Below, piece after piece: positions 48,720 through 57,586 of a stretch of DNA of 64,000 nt. Each line of letters starts with the position of its first letter. The first letter of the stretch is position 1. Origin of the DNA: a candidate division WWE3 bacterium (GTDB lineage: Bacteria > Patescibacteriota > WWE3 > UBA101185 > UBA10185); NCBI GenBank assembly GCA_003599255.1, contig QZJF01000021.1, forward strand, positions 2,287-66,286. Direction: 5' to 3'. The notes under the pieces were generated by a model. That model saw nothing but the letters and a program-made list of their open reading frames with translations. It had not been told where the DNA came from and made no database searches. The translations under genes were made by a program, and so were the position numbers.

Positions 48720-49766
48720 ATGAATCCAAGACTTAAAACCGGTTCTGAAAACGCCATAAGATTATGTCTAAGTGTTCAACCCTCAGATAGAGTCGTCATC
48801 ATAACAGATGATGAGACCATGGAAATAGGACAGGCACTTCAATCTGTTTCCCAGACGATAACACAAAGCGTTATGCTTATAAAAATTGAAGATTATATTA
48901 AGAGACCTGCTAAGGAGCTGCCTTATGACTTTGTGCAGAATATTCGGAATTTTAACCCAACAGTTTCTATTTATGCCGCTCAAGGACAAATCGGAGAAAT
49001 TCAAGTTTTTAGAAGTCCTTTGGTAAAGTTTCTAACTCAAGAGCTAAAGTGCAGACATGCGCACATGATTGGGGTGACAGGGCAACTTATGGAGGACGGC
49101 ATGAACAAAGATTATGCCAGAGTCTTCAAAGTAACAAACAACGTATTTAACAAGGTAAGCAACGCAACAAAGTTACTGGTAAAGGACGATTACGGCACGG
49201 ATATTACCTTTATACTTGATCCCACAAATCTTAAATGGATCCAGGACAACGGACGAATAGGTAAAGGGGAAATGAGAAATCTACCGGCAGGTGAAGTTTT
49301 TACCTCTCCCCTATCAGCCAAGGGAACTATAATAGCATGGGAACTTGGGGATTGGATGTGTAAGAAATATGGGGAACTTAAAACACCGCTTAAGCTTGAT
49401 ATCTTAAATGGACTTGTTTTTTCAGTTTCACCGGTAAATCGTAATGATAGTGTAGCTGCGGAAGCATCGGAAATTTTTTCTAATTACATTACTGAATTTG
49501 AGAACGGCAATCGCGTAGGAGAACTTGGGCTAGGAACTCTTATAGGTTTAACTAAGTTCGTAGGAAATCTCCTTCAAGATGAAAAATTCCCTGGGGTACA
49601 TATGGCACTCGGGCATCCTTATCCAGAGGAGACGGGAGCAAATTGGGACTCACCATCACATATAGATGTGATAGCTAAAAGCACGACAGTAACTGTAGAA
49701 CATACAGACGGAACACTTGAAGTAATCATGAGAAACGGTGTGTATTCCACAGATATACTGAAATGA
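48720..49766 (+). CDS. Aminopeptidase, M29 family
   Basis: NLPAGEVFTSP, GELGLGT, DEKFPGVHMALG, HID. Confidence 0.9.
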   Translation: MNPRLKTGSENAIRLCLSVQPSDRVVIITDDETMEIGQALQSVSQTITQSVMLIKIEDYIKRPAKELPYDFVQNIRNFNPTVSIYAAQGQIGEIQVFRSPLVKFLTQELKCRHAHMIGVTGQLMEDGMNKDYARVFKVTNNVFNKVSNATKLLVKDDYGTDITFILDPTNLKWIQDNGRIGKGEMRNLPAGEVFTSPLSAKGTIIAWELGDWMCKKYGELKTPLKLDILNGLVFSVSPVNRNDSVAAEASEIFSNYITEFENGNRVGELGLGTLIGLTKFVGNLLQDEKFPGVHMALGHPYPEETGANWDSPSHIDVIAKSTTVTVEHTDGTLEVIMRNGVYSTDILK

Positions 49767-49837
49767 CAGTAAATATTTCCCTTAATCGCTAAATTGGGTA
49801 TAATTCCACATGTAATTCTGCCGATTTTAGCAGCAGG

Positions 49838-49912
49838 GGGGGCGTAGCTCAGTGGTAGAGCAGCGGCCTTTTAAGCCGCGTGTCGTGGGTTCGAACCCCA
49901 CCGCCCTCACCA
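49838..49912 (+). tRNA. tRNA-Lys(TTT)
   Basis: Anticodon arm GCGGC-CTTTTAA-GCCGC, CCA end. Confidence 0.97.
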
Positions 49913-49924
49913 TAAAAACCGCAC

Positions 49925-50257
49925 ATGAAAACACTCAAGTTTTCTTCAGAACTAGTTCCTCTAATACAAAACAGTTCAAAAACCACAACGTGGCGCCTAT
50001 TTGATGATAAGGACATTCAAGTGGGAGATTCTTTGATCCTGATAAAAAGACCGGAATTGCAACCCTTTGCCCTAGCTCGAGTAACCAAAGTTACTATTAA
50101 ATTACTTAAAGACTTAAACGACGATGACAAGGAAGGCCACGAGGATACAGGAACACCGGATAGTATGTATAAAAAATACTCAGAATACTACAAACAGCAA
50201 GTTACACCTGACACAGAAGTTAAAGTAATCAAATTTAAAATCGACCGATTACTCTGA
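49925..50257 (+). CDS. ASCH domain protein
   Basis: LKF...I..SKTTTWR......VGD. Confidence 0.85.
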   Translation: MKTLKFSSELVPLIQNSSKTTTWRLFDDKDIQVGDSLILIKRPELQPFALARVTKVTIKLLKDLNDDDKEGHEDTGTPDSMYKKYSEYYKQQVTPDTEVKVIKFKIDRLL

Positions 50258-50311
50258 TATAATCCAAATTAACCTAAGAACAAAAACTATCAGATACGAG
50301 AGGAGCTGATT

Positions 50312-50602
50312 ATGTTAGTACCTTTAAGTGAAGAGAAACGCACCGAACTGCTACCATGGACATATTTTGTCGGAGTGGGATATTTTCCCTCTGTAGAGTC
50401 ATTTGCTTTGGGAATGACCCCTTCAGAAGAGTGTTTAATAGCCGATGTTTTCAGTGCAGAGACCTTGGAAACCGAAGTCAATCGCCTGATACGACCCACG
50501 GGATGGAAGCAAATCTTCTTTATTGTTACAAGCGAACCGGGCAGGATGCAAGTAACAAAGGAAGATGCATTGTGGTTTCTTAAGAACCGCGCAGAATATT
50601 AG
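50312..50602 (+). CDS. Orphan hypothetical protein (96 aa)
   Basis: TATAAT 50258-50263, SD GAGGAG. Confidence 0.65.
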   Translation: MLVPLSEEKRTELLPWTYFVGVGYFPSVESFALGMTPSEECLIADVFSAETLETEVNRLIRPTGWKQIFFIVTSEPGRMQVTKEDALWFLKNRAEY

Positions 50603-50620
50603 CTTTCTAAGGAAAAGGAA

Positions 50621-51154
50621 ATGGATCCAAAAGCGTACATAGGAACTTTCACAGGTAGAAAAGTAACTGTGTTTAACCCCAAACCTTCGGATATCGTCAT
50701 AGAAGATATCGCTGCTTCCTTATCCAAGGTTTGCAGGTTTACGGGTCATTGTAGCAGATTTTATTCTGTTGCCGAGCATTCAGTTTACGTCAGCAGAATA
50801 GTTCCACCGGAAGATGCAAAGTGGGGACTACTTCACGATGCTACAGAGGCTTACCTCGGTGATCTTGTAAGGCCGATAAAACGTCAGCCCGAAATGGCTT
50901 TTTATCGCACAGCTGAAAACAATTTTCAGAAATGTATAGCACAAGTATTTGGGCTTACTCCTGAGATACCCGACTCCGTGATTAAGGCTGATAACAATCT
51001 TCTTCTAACTGAATTGGTTCAGCTTATGAAGAACGTGGACATAAAAAATCCGAGTGTCGCAGGGTATGAAATCCTGGACATAAATTTGATGACGCTTCCG
51101 CCTTACGAGGCTGAACAATTCTTTCTTGATCGCTATGCTGAGCTTTTTGCTTAG
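50621..51154 (+). CDS. HD-domain phosphohydrolase (YfdR/YfbR-like)
   Basis: IEDIA..LS..CRFTGH...FYSVAEHS, LLHDATEAYLGD, AD; terminator 51163-51203. Confidence 0.85.
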   Translation: MDPKAYIGTFTGRKVTVFNPKPSDIVIEDIAASLSKVCRFTGHCSRFYSVAEHSVYVSRIVPPEDAKWGLLHDATEAYLGDLVRPIKRQPEMAFYRTAENNFQKCIAQVFGLTPEIPDSVIKADNNLLLTELVQLMKNVDIKNPSVAGYEILDINLMTLPPYEAEQFFLDRYAELFA

Positions 51155-51218
51155 CACCTAACCCGGGAATTACTTATTCATCTAAGAAATTCCCGGTTTT
51201 TTTGTTAAAATATGTATA

Positions 51219-53864
51219 ATGCCCCATGGACTTACATCATATGAAGCCCAACAGAGGCTTACTCAATACGGATACAACGAATTAACCGAAGTATCAAAAA
51301 CCACACCACTGAAAATTCTACTACGTCAGATCAGGAGTAATTTTATTATTTACATGCTTGCAGTGACAGTCGGAATTTCTTTTTTTGTGGGAAAATCAGT
51401 CACTGCTTACACAATCCTCGCAGTAATAATCTCGGTGATACTTGTCGGATTCATCCAGGAATATAAGGCAGAAGAGTCTATAAACAGCCTCAGAAAAATG
51501 TTGATGCCCGTATCAATTGTTTTTAGGGATAACAAGAAAACAGAACTTCCATCGCGCGAGATAGTTCCTGACGATGTACTAATATTGGGAAACGGTGAAA
51601 AAATACCCGCTGATTGCGAGCTAATTGAAACATACGAGCTTAGAGTCAATGAAAGCGCGTTAACCGGTGAATCAAAAGAAATCAAAAAGTCCATGGTAAT
51701 CCAAGACATACCCATAACAGATGAAAACAAAGTCTTTATGGGAACCTTTATCGTCAACGGAAGATGTCTGGCTCGAGTCACGCACACCGGCATGAACACA
51801 AGTTTTGGAAAAATAGCTCATCTGATATCAACGGCCGAGAAAGAGCTTCCTCTCCAGGAAAAAATTAACGATATAGCAAAATATATGGTAGCTGTAGCGA
51901 CGATTACATCAATTGTTACCGGGCTGATAATGGTATATCGGGCGCCACTGCTAGATTCGGAAACAATCATAGAAATTCTAATTCTGGTTATTGCTCTTGC
52001 GGTTTCAGCATTTCCTGAAGGATTTCCGGTGGTACTGGCAACCACACTTGCATTGGGTGCTAAAAGAATGTCGGAAAAAAACGCGATAGTAAATAGAATG
52101 TCCATTATAGAAACTCTCGGAGAAGTAACTGTAATATGTTCTGATAAAACGGGAACGATAACCCGGGGTGAAATGACGGTAAAATTTATTTTCACGGGTA
52201 ACGCACTCTATGAAGTCTCAGGAAGCGGGTACGTAGCCCATGGAAATATAACACTAGACGGTAAGGCTATTGACCTTGAGAAAGAAAAAGGAATCTATAA
52301 AATGATCAAAGCCGGGATTCTCTGCAACAATTCCGAAATTGAGAGAACCGGAGAAGATAATGAATATAGAGGTATGGGGTCACCAACGGAAACATCTTTG
52401 TTAATTTTAGGGGCAAAAACTGGGTTATTTAGCGAAAGTTTTGATTACCGGCGCATTAATGAATACACTTTCAATTCTGATAGAAAAATGATGTCGATTC
52501 TTTACTATCAGAATGGAAAACGTATTGTATACGCAAAGGGCGCACCGGAAATTATTCTGGAAAAATGCAACCAAACTTATGATAACGGAAATATTAAGAC
52601 TCTTTCAAAAGAAGACATAAGTAAAATCGCTGATCTGCAAAGAGAGATGGCCAAATCAGCATTTCGTACACTTGCTCTGTGTTACAAAGAAGTTGAAGGA
52701 GTGGACGAAAACTACGAAGAAGATGAATTTGTTTTTTTGGGGATTGTTGCCATGGAAGACTCTCCCAGAGAAGAAGTAAGCAAAGCTATCAAAACGGCTA
52801 TGAGAGCAGGAATAAATGTATACATGATTACAGGAGATAGCAGAGAGACCGCCCTTTCCATAGCAAAACAGATAGGCCTGGATACATCAGATAGAGTTCT
52901 GGATGGACAGGAAATTGACCAATTATCCGATAAGGAATTAGAAGTAAAAGTTAGAGAAGTAAATTTGTTTGCGCGTGTAAAACCGGAACATAAAATCAGA
53001 CTTGTAAGGATATTTAAAGAACTGGGTGAGACAGTTGCCATGACTGGTGACGGCGTTAACGACGCACCTGCTTTAAAAGAAGCTCATGTGGGTATTGCAA
53101 TGGGTAAAAACGGCACGGATGTCTCCAGATCCTCGGCTGACTTGATTCTTAAAGATGACAACTTTGCAACTATTGTCTCCGCCATAACTGAAGGAAGGAC
53201 TGTATTTAACAATATAAGAAAGTTTGTTACTTATCAGTTGAGCTGTAACCTTGCAGAAATTTTAACTCTTCTGGTTGGTGTAATTGTTGCACCCATTTTT
53301 GGATGGTATACCCCCCTTTTGGTTTCAATACAAATTTTATTCATGAATTTGGTGACGGACAATCTGCCGGCACTAACTTTAGGTTTAAATCCCACGTCAA
53401 TTGACATAATGGAAGAAAAACCACGTAACACCGAAAACATTCTCAACAAGGAACTTATCAAACTACTAATTACTACTGCCTCATTTATGGCAGTAAGTGT
53501 TCTTTCTGCATATTATGTTTCTCATAATGTATTGGGATTATCAACCGATGTAAGTAGAACTACAGCTCTATTAACATTCATCCTTATTGAAATATCAACT
53601 GCTTTCAGTTTCAGATCTTTTAGAAAGTTTACATTGAATAGGTCACCGTTAGTTAACAAGCATTTAGTTATCGCTTCTCTCGCATCAATGTTATTCACAA
53701 TCTTAATCATATACACACCGCTTAACGTGATTTTTGAAACAGTGCATATAGGTCCCCTGGAATGGACCATTGCCATTATATTTAACCTGATAATGATGTT
53801 CTTCAACGATATAACAAAGATTATTAATCTCAAAAACGAGTCATATTTGGCTGATACTAGATAG
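51219..53864 (+). CDS. Cation-transporting P-type ATPase (type II, Ca2+-like)
   Basis: TGES, PEGF, DKTGT, KGAPE, GDGVNDAPAL, MNLVTD. Confidence 0.95.
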   Translation: MPHGLTSYEAQQRLTQYGYNELTEVSKTTPLKILLRQIRSNFIIYMLAVTVGISFFVGKSVTAYTILAVIISVILVGFIQEYKAEESINSLRKMLMPVSIVFRDNKKTELPSREIVPDDVLILGNGEKIPADCELIETYELRVNESALTGESKEIKKSMVIQDIPITDENKVFMGTFIVNGRCLARVTHTGMNTSFGKIAHLISTAEKELPLQEKINDIAKYMVAVATITSIVTGLIMVYRAPLLDSETIIEILILVIALAVSAFPEGFPVVLATTLALGAKRMSEKNAIVNRMSIIETLGEVTVICSDKTGTITRGEMTVKFIFTGNALYEVSGSGYVAHGNITLDGKAIDLEKEKGIYKMIKAGILCNNSEIERTGEDNEYRGMGSPTETSLLILGAKTGLFSESFDYRRINEYTFNSDRKMMSILYYQNGKRIVYAKGAPEIILEKCNQTYDNGNIKTLSKEDISKIADLQREMAKSAFRTLALCYKEVEGVDENYEEDEFVFLGIVAMEDSPREEVSKAIKTAMRAGINVYMITGDSRETALSIAKQIGLDTSDRVLDGQEIDQLSDKELEVKVREVNLFARVKPEHKIRLVRIFKELGETVAMTGDGVNDAPALKEAHVGIAMGKNGTDVSRSSADLILKDDNFATIVSAITEGRTVFNNIRKFVTYQLSCNLAEILTLLVGVIVAPIFGWYTPLLVSIQILFMNLVTDNLPALTLGLNPTSIDIMEEKPRNTENILNKELIKLLITTASFMAVSVLSAYYVSHNVLGLSTDVSRTTALLTFILIEISTAFSFRSFRKFTLNRSPLVNKHLVIASLASMLFTILIIYTPLNVIFETVHIGPLEWTIAIIFNLIMMFFNDITKIINLKNESYLADTR

Positions 53865-53900
53865 TTTAGTGCAAACCAAAAGTGGTAAAATATACAAACA

Positions 53901-54314
53901 ATGCGTTTTTATATAGGCTATAAGTTTACTAACGTAGCAGACAAAGAAAATCTTAAAGCACGAGTACTGAAGATAGCTTATTACATTAACTCTAAAGGAC
54001 ACGAGACATTTGTACTTGGCCGGGACGTTCAAAACTGGCACAGTTCTCCTTTCCCGATGATTAAAACTCTTCCGCCTGTTTTCACAAATATGCTAAAAGC
54101 CAACATATTGCTCTCGGTAATTTCTGATAACTCCCGAAGCGTGGGTCTTTTGGTCGAAAATGTACTTGCAATGCTATTTTTTAAAAAACGCTATTACTTG
54201 GTAAAGAGCGGGGTAGGGGAAAATCTGTACACTTTCTTTGCAAACGTAGACAATATAGTCTACTACATGACTGATGCGGATATTGAATCTTCAATTCAAA
54301 AGCTTCTTGATTAA
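53901..54314 (+). CDS. Hypothetical protein, nucleoside 2-deoxyribosyltransferase-like fold
   Basis: FYIGYKFT N-terminus, S.G...E motif (RSVGLLVE). Confidence 0.55.
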   Translation: MRFYIGYKFTNVADKENLKARVLKIAYYINSKGHETFVLGRDVQNWHSSPFPMIKTLPPVFTNMLKANILLSVISDNSRSVGLLVENVLAMLFFKKRYYLVKSGVGENLYTFFANVDNIVYYMTDADIESSIQKLLD

Positions 54315-54392
54315 CGACATCTCCGATGAATTTCTTAATCCCCTATCAATGTAAGAATATCTTCTTTACTTGCAGACCTCGCTCGGGTAGCA

Positions 54393-55778
54393 TTATTTAC
54401 CATCTTTCAACAATCTTTTAATATGGTCCTTTGCTTTTTTCGTTTTGACAAATTTTAACCAGTCCCGATTAGCATTAATTTTATTTGTGATTTTTATTTC
54501 AATATAATCCCCATTTTGAATTTCGTAGTTTAAACTGACGTATTTTTTATTGACATGTCCCCCAACACACTTGTCTCCCAAATCGGAGTGAAGCGAGTAC
54601 GCAAAATCTATTAAGCAAGAACCTTTGGGAAGTTCAATTATGTCTCCCTTTGGAGTGAAGGCGTAAATATTCTTTGAAAAAGGCACCGACTTAATAGGGT
54701 CTTCTGTGCTTTTTCTTATTTCCCAGAAACTGAGGTTTTTAAACCAAAATTTATTCTCTTCTGTGTACTTCTTAAATTTATTATATGCGAGAGAGGAAAC
54801 CCCCTTGTCGCCAATTTTGTACATAAGATGAGATGCCGGTCCGAATTCATTAAACTCATGCATATCGCGAGTTCTTATTTGAATCTCAATATCTGTCTTT
54901 GCGTCAATTCTGAATAAATTATGAATTGACTTGTATCCAGTTGGACGTGGACGGCTAATATAATCGTCCCTATATCGCTCATAACAATCTAATAAATCCT
55001 TTAATATACTTTCCACTATGTAACACTCATCGACAGTATCTACTAAAATCCTCATCCCCAATTTGTCCATAACTAAACCACGTTGCATTTTTTTATAAAT
55101 ACCGTATTTACTTTTTATGCGGTAGGTAATACTTCCATTTATGTCTTTTTCCCTAAGAATGTTATGTATTACATTTTTCATATCACTTAGGGTGTGATTA
55201 TATTCTTCAAAATTAGCCGAAAGGTCTTTTTCGATTCTATAGTATTCGCTGGGATTAATAATCTTAAATGCCACATCCTCTAACTGGTTGGACAGAATAC
55301 TAAAACCTATTATTTTTGATAAAGGGGCGTATAGGTACAATGCTCTATTGGCCGCATCAATTCTCTTATCCTTTTCCAAAGCGAAAGAGGTATCCAAGTT
55401 GTCTTTTCTGTCGGCTATTCGTATGGCAAGTGTCCTGACATCCTTTGCCATACTTATATAAGCTTGCATCAAAAAAGCCTCATTAAACTCGCTGGGAGTA
55501 TCTTTCTCGATGCTGGCTTTACTTAATACATGATAGTTTTTGAGGATCTCATAAAGTTCGTTTCCAAACACACGGGCAATTTCTTCCGTTTTTTCGGAAT
55601 ATTCAAGAACAGGGTGTATTAAGGCTGCGCTCAGAGTTAACTCATCGCGCACATGATTATCTTTAAGAATTTCGTATACTCTGAGTGAATGTTCGTGTAC
55701 CGTGTCTCCCGCTAATCTCTTATGATTTTTTAAAAGCGCCTGCGAGTACTCTAAGGCTTTATTTATCATTTCTGCCAT
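54393..55778 (-). CDS. Shortened RelA/SpoT homolog (degenerate HD + synthetase + TGS)
   Basis: RIKS...K, DYI..PRPTGYKSIH, EIQIRT, TGS FTPKGD...DFAYSLHS; ends shortly after TGS. Confidence 0.9.
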   Translation of the reverse strand: MAEMINKALEYSQALLKNHKRLAGDTVHEHSLRVYEILKDNHVRDELTLSAALIHPVLEYSEKTEEIARVFGNELYEILKNYHVLSKASIEKDTPSEFNEAFLMQAYISMAKDVRTLAIRIADRKDNLDTSFALEKDKRIDAANRALYLYAPLSKIIGFSILSNQLEDVAFKIINPSEYYRIEKDLSANFEEYNHTLSDMKNVIHNILREKDINGSITYRIKSKYGIYKKMQRGLVMDKLGMRILVDTVDECYIVESILKDLLDCYERYRDDYISRPRPTGYKSIHNLFRIDAKTDIEIQIRTRDMHEFNEFGPASHLMYKIGDKGVSSLAYNKFKKYTEENKFWFKNLSFWEIRKSTEDPIKSVPFSKNIYAFTPKGDIIELPKGSCLIDFAYSLHSDLGDKCVGGHVNKKYVSLNYEIQNGDYIEIKITNKINANRDWLKFVKTKKAKDHIKRLLKDGK

Positions 55779-55921
55779 AGAATTTTAAAAGAAATGCTGA
55801 ACCTCGTTAAGAATCGAGGATTTCAGAAAAAGCGAAAATAACTTCAAACAAAACTAATACTGTCGTTTAATCTAATATAGCTTTCATGCTGTCATGAAGT
55901 TCAGCCATTTCATATATATTA

Positions 55922-56176
55922 TTATCTATCTTCCTTAGGTCTGGCAACGGATACCACTATTGTTCTTCCTTCGATCTCCTTGTTGTTCAGTTCTTCAATA
56001 GCTTTTGATGCTTCTGCATCATTCTCCAGTTCAACAAAACCAAAACCTTTGCTTCTTCTGGTATTTCTATCAAAAATTACGGAAGCTGATACTACATTAC
56101 CGTAAGCTGAGAACATATCCATAAGAGACTGGTCAGTCATAGAATAAGGAATATTACCAACATATAATTTAGTCAC
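55922..56176 (-). CDS. RRM RNA-binding protein
   Basis: RNP2 LYVGNI, RNP1 KGFGFVE; GTG start after SD-like GGGTGGTGA. Confidence 0.95.
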   Translation of the reverse strand: MTKLYVGNIPYSMTDQSLMDMFSAYGNVVSASVIFDRNTRRSKGFGFVELENDAEASKAIEELNNKEIEGRTIVVSVARPKEDR

Positions 56177-56340
56177 AATAATCACCACCCTTCGTTTTTT
56201 TATTAATCATACTAATATTACTCTGTAAATGGGAAATACTTGTAACTGTTTCATTAAAGGATTTCTAACATTCCTGGGAGCACAACGTATTATAGCATAT
56301 TAAGTAAAAAGCCGCTTGTATAAGTTAGTACAAACGGCTT

Positions 56341-56589
56341 TTATTGTTGCTGGGGCAACGTTTCTGTTTCTTCTAAAAGCTTTGAAGAGTTAAACCTGCC
56401 AAAAAGTAGAGTCCATCCTGACTTAACCTTTTGTTCAAGAAACTCTTGTACGAGTAAATATGACTCTTGCAAACTGTCTACATCGTGGTGCAGAATATGT
56501 GATTCATATTCAGTACCCGGTGTGCCTACGGGAGGTTTCCCTTTCATAAAATGGCACTCATACTCAGTCCGCATTTTAGGAGACATCAT
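56341..56589 (-). CDS. Orphan small protein (82 aa)
   Basis: SD AAAGGAAG, TAAAAT upstream, hairpin 56307-56342 downstream. Confidence 0.65.
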   Translation of the reverse strand: MMSPKMRTEYECHFMKGKPPVGTPGTEYESHILHHDVDSLQESYLLVQEFLEQKVKSGWTLLFGRFNSSKLLEETETLPQQQ

Positions 56590-56663
56590 TTCACTTCCTT
56601 TCTTTGTTCTTGCGAGGTTGTTACCTGTATTTTAGCCTGTAAGAAAAGGGTGAAGCAACTGTT

Positions 56664-57122
56664 TTATCTGGTGACGGTTATAACGATCCCATTCTCAGCT
56701 AAAGGCGCAGTTACGGTGACCCGATCAGCCGGGGTCCTATATATTGAATAACCGGTTCCGTCCTGGGACTCACTTTTAGGATCAACAGGCATAGATATTA
56801 AATATTTGGTATTTGCAGTAAGAACTGTAAGATCAACAAGACCTGCGCAATTTGCTATACCGTCGCTTTTGCAAATTTCTGTTTCGGTGTCAGGAATAGA
56901 GACGGGGAGTTGACCAGTGTCGGTTGCATATTGATATATAGCAATGGAAATAGTGTGAAGTTCTAACCTTCTTTTTGTATTTCTGGAATTTCCCAGATGG
57001 ACATTGTAATTGATAACACTAAGGGTGATCCCGGCCAGAATTCCTATTATGGTAATTACTACCAACAACTCAACCAAAGTAAATCCCGAATGTTTATGTC
57101 TGGCAATGGAAACTTTGGGCAT
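56664..57122 (-). CDS. Type IV pilin/pseudopilin
   Basis: Prepilin cleavage motif GFTLVELLVVITIIGIL, Cys pair, PVDP. Confidence 0.9.
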   Translation of the reverse strand: MPKVSIARHKHSGFTLVELLVVITIIGILAGITLSVINYNVHLGNSRNTKRRLELHTISIAIYQYATDTGQLPVSIPDTETEICKSDGIANCAGLVDLTVLTANTKYLISMPVDPKSESQDGTGYSIYRTPADRVTVTAPLAENGIVITVTR

Positions 57123-57170
57123 TAGATAAATATTACTGCAGTTTTGTGTTTTACGCTATAAATGCTTGGA

Positions 57171-57518
57171 TTACACTCTTTCCTTTATTCTTCGTGCTTC
57201 TCGTCCTTTTTTATCTCTTAAATAGTATAATTTGGCTCTTCTGACTCTGCCTTTTTTGAGTATCTCAATCTTTTCAATATTAGGTGAATATAAAGGAAAG
57301 ATTCTTTCCATAGCAACATTATCTGCTCCAATACGACGCACAATAAACGTTTTAGATACGCCGGAACCTTTTTTGGAGATTACAATACCTTCGTAGGGTT
57401 GAATACGGGTCTTGTCTCCCTCAATTATCTTGTAGTGAACCTTCACGGTATCCCCCGCAATAAAATCGGGAAGTCCGGGTTGGTTTGTGACTTGTTCTTT
57501 TAGGTCTTGCTCGCTCAT
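57171..57518 (-). CDS. rplS: 50S ribosomal protein L19
   Basis: [32 protein letters not shown]. Confidence 0.97.
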   Translation of the reverse strand: MSEQDLKEQVTNQPGLPDFIAGDTVKVHYKIIEGDKTRIQPYEGIVISKKGSGVSKTFIVRRIGADNVAMERIFPLYSPNIEKIEILKKGRVRRAKLYYLRDKKGREARRIKERV

Positions 57519-57586
57519 AGAATTATTAGAAATACGCAAGAGGTACAATAACAAATTATCAATGTTTTAGCAACAGGAAGGCGTTT

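Noticed and set aside
1292-56342. Long bulged hairpins after orphan genes as integron attC sites
   Set aside because: No RYYYAAC/GTTRRRY ends, no shared sequence, T tails typical of terminators, and no integrase in the window.
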